A stretch of 63,970 nt of DNA, the filler included, from Dirinaria sp. TL-2023a (taxonomy: Eukaryota), in NCBI GenBank assembly GCA_051941275.1. It is 42 parts of 42 records of this genome, joined end to end, with 100 filler letters (N's around TTAATTAATTAA, not from the genome) between each part and the next. Parts side by side here need not be neighbours in the genome. Positions count along the whole stretch, not along the records: positions 62,581 to 63,970 come from JAVEBF010002756.1; 41 more parts are not named here. One strand, written 5' to 3'. Positions 63,585 to 63,970 of the stretch are shown one piece after another. The position numbers were made by a program, and so were the translations under genes. The notes beneath the pieces are model-generated. The model worked only from the letters and a program-made list of their open reading frames with translations, was not told where the DNA came from and ran no database searches. Numbering within the stretch: position 1 is the first letter of the stretch; each line of letters opens with the position of its first letter.

Positions 63585-63789
63585 TGTCATGAATCTAGAC
63601 CTGAAGCATCTTAGATTAGGTCACATGATCAGATCACATGATCAGGCTCAGCGTTCTCTCGAACCGATATTGCTTCGGGTCCCTATTTGAGTCTTTCTGT
63701 AGATAGATTTCCTTTCCTTTTCTTCTTCATAGTTAGTGTCCTAGTCTACTAGCACCCATATGCCATTGAGCGCTATGCAGGCCCTGACA
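63585..63789 (+). repeat. LTR, family E (second copy)
   Basis: TGTCA...TGACA; direct repeat of 62648-62852; no TSD. Confidence 0.9.
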
Positions 63790-63970
63790 ATCAGTTCGCT
63801 AGAAGCATTGACCCTGGGACTACGAAAAGAAATGAAGATAGATGTCGATCAGATAGAGAAGATAGTCTCGTTCGTTGCGGCATCGTGGTGGAAACCATCA
63901 GCGATTAGTATACAATCGTCAAAAGATAAGGTAGAAGAGAAACACAAGGATTTGATGAACAAGACACAGG

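Noticed and set aside
62648..63789. Two family E LTRs as one element that captured the MADS gene
   Set aside because: The first LTR is preceded by a PPT (so it is a 3' LTR), and the second interrupts the MADS frame with no PPT before it. Separate insertions are more likely.
1..63970. Gene cluster or operon-like system across neighbouring segments
   Set aside because: Adjacent contigs are unlinked; neighbourhood has no meaning beyond each ~1.4-kb piece.

Overview
This window is not one locus. It is 42 unrelated short contigs (about 1.47 down to 1.39 kb, sorted by length) joined by an artificial N44-TTAATTAATTAA-N44 spacer. Most contigs come from an intron-containing filamentous ascomycete (Pezizomycotina; a lichen-type or other symbiotic sample is plausible but not proven). 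They carry fragments of housekeeping genes (eIF3L, MPC1, DRE2, PGS1, SEC16, probable NEO1, WASP/Las17, Cps3-like, RidA, an MDR oxidoreductase, PTH11-like, CorA-like), NLR-type ankyrin/TPR ends, one intact Mutator-like transposase, and many nested, decayed Ty3/gypsy and LINE retroelements. The strongest signal is a repeat-restricted hypermutation that turns CpC into TpC (GG into GA on the other strand). It leaves retroelement interiors almost free of CC/GG while CpA/TpG and CpG persist, so it looks like RIP with a non-canonical target. The same signature appears in host-type gene relics (MADS-box, TPR, GST, Cys6). One contig is an 18S rDNA/5' ETS fragment with basidiomycete-type signatures, pointing to a second fungus. 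All calls were made by eye, without database searches.
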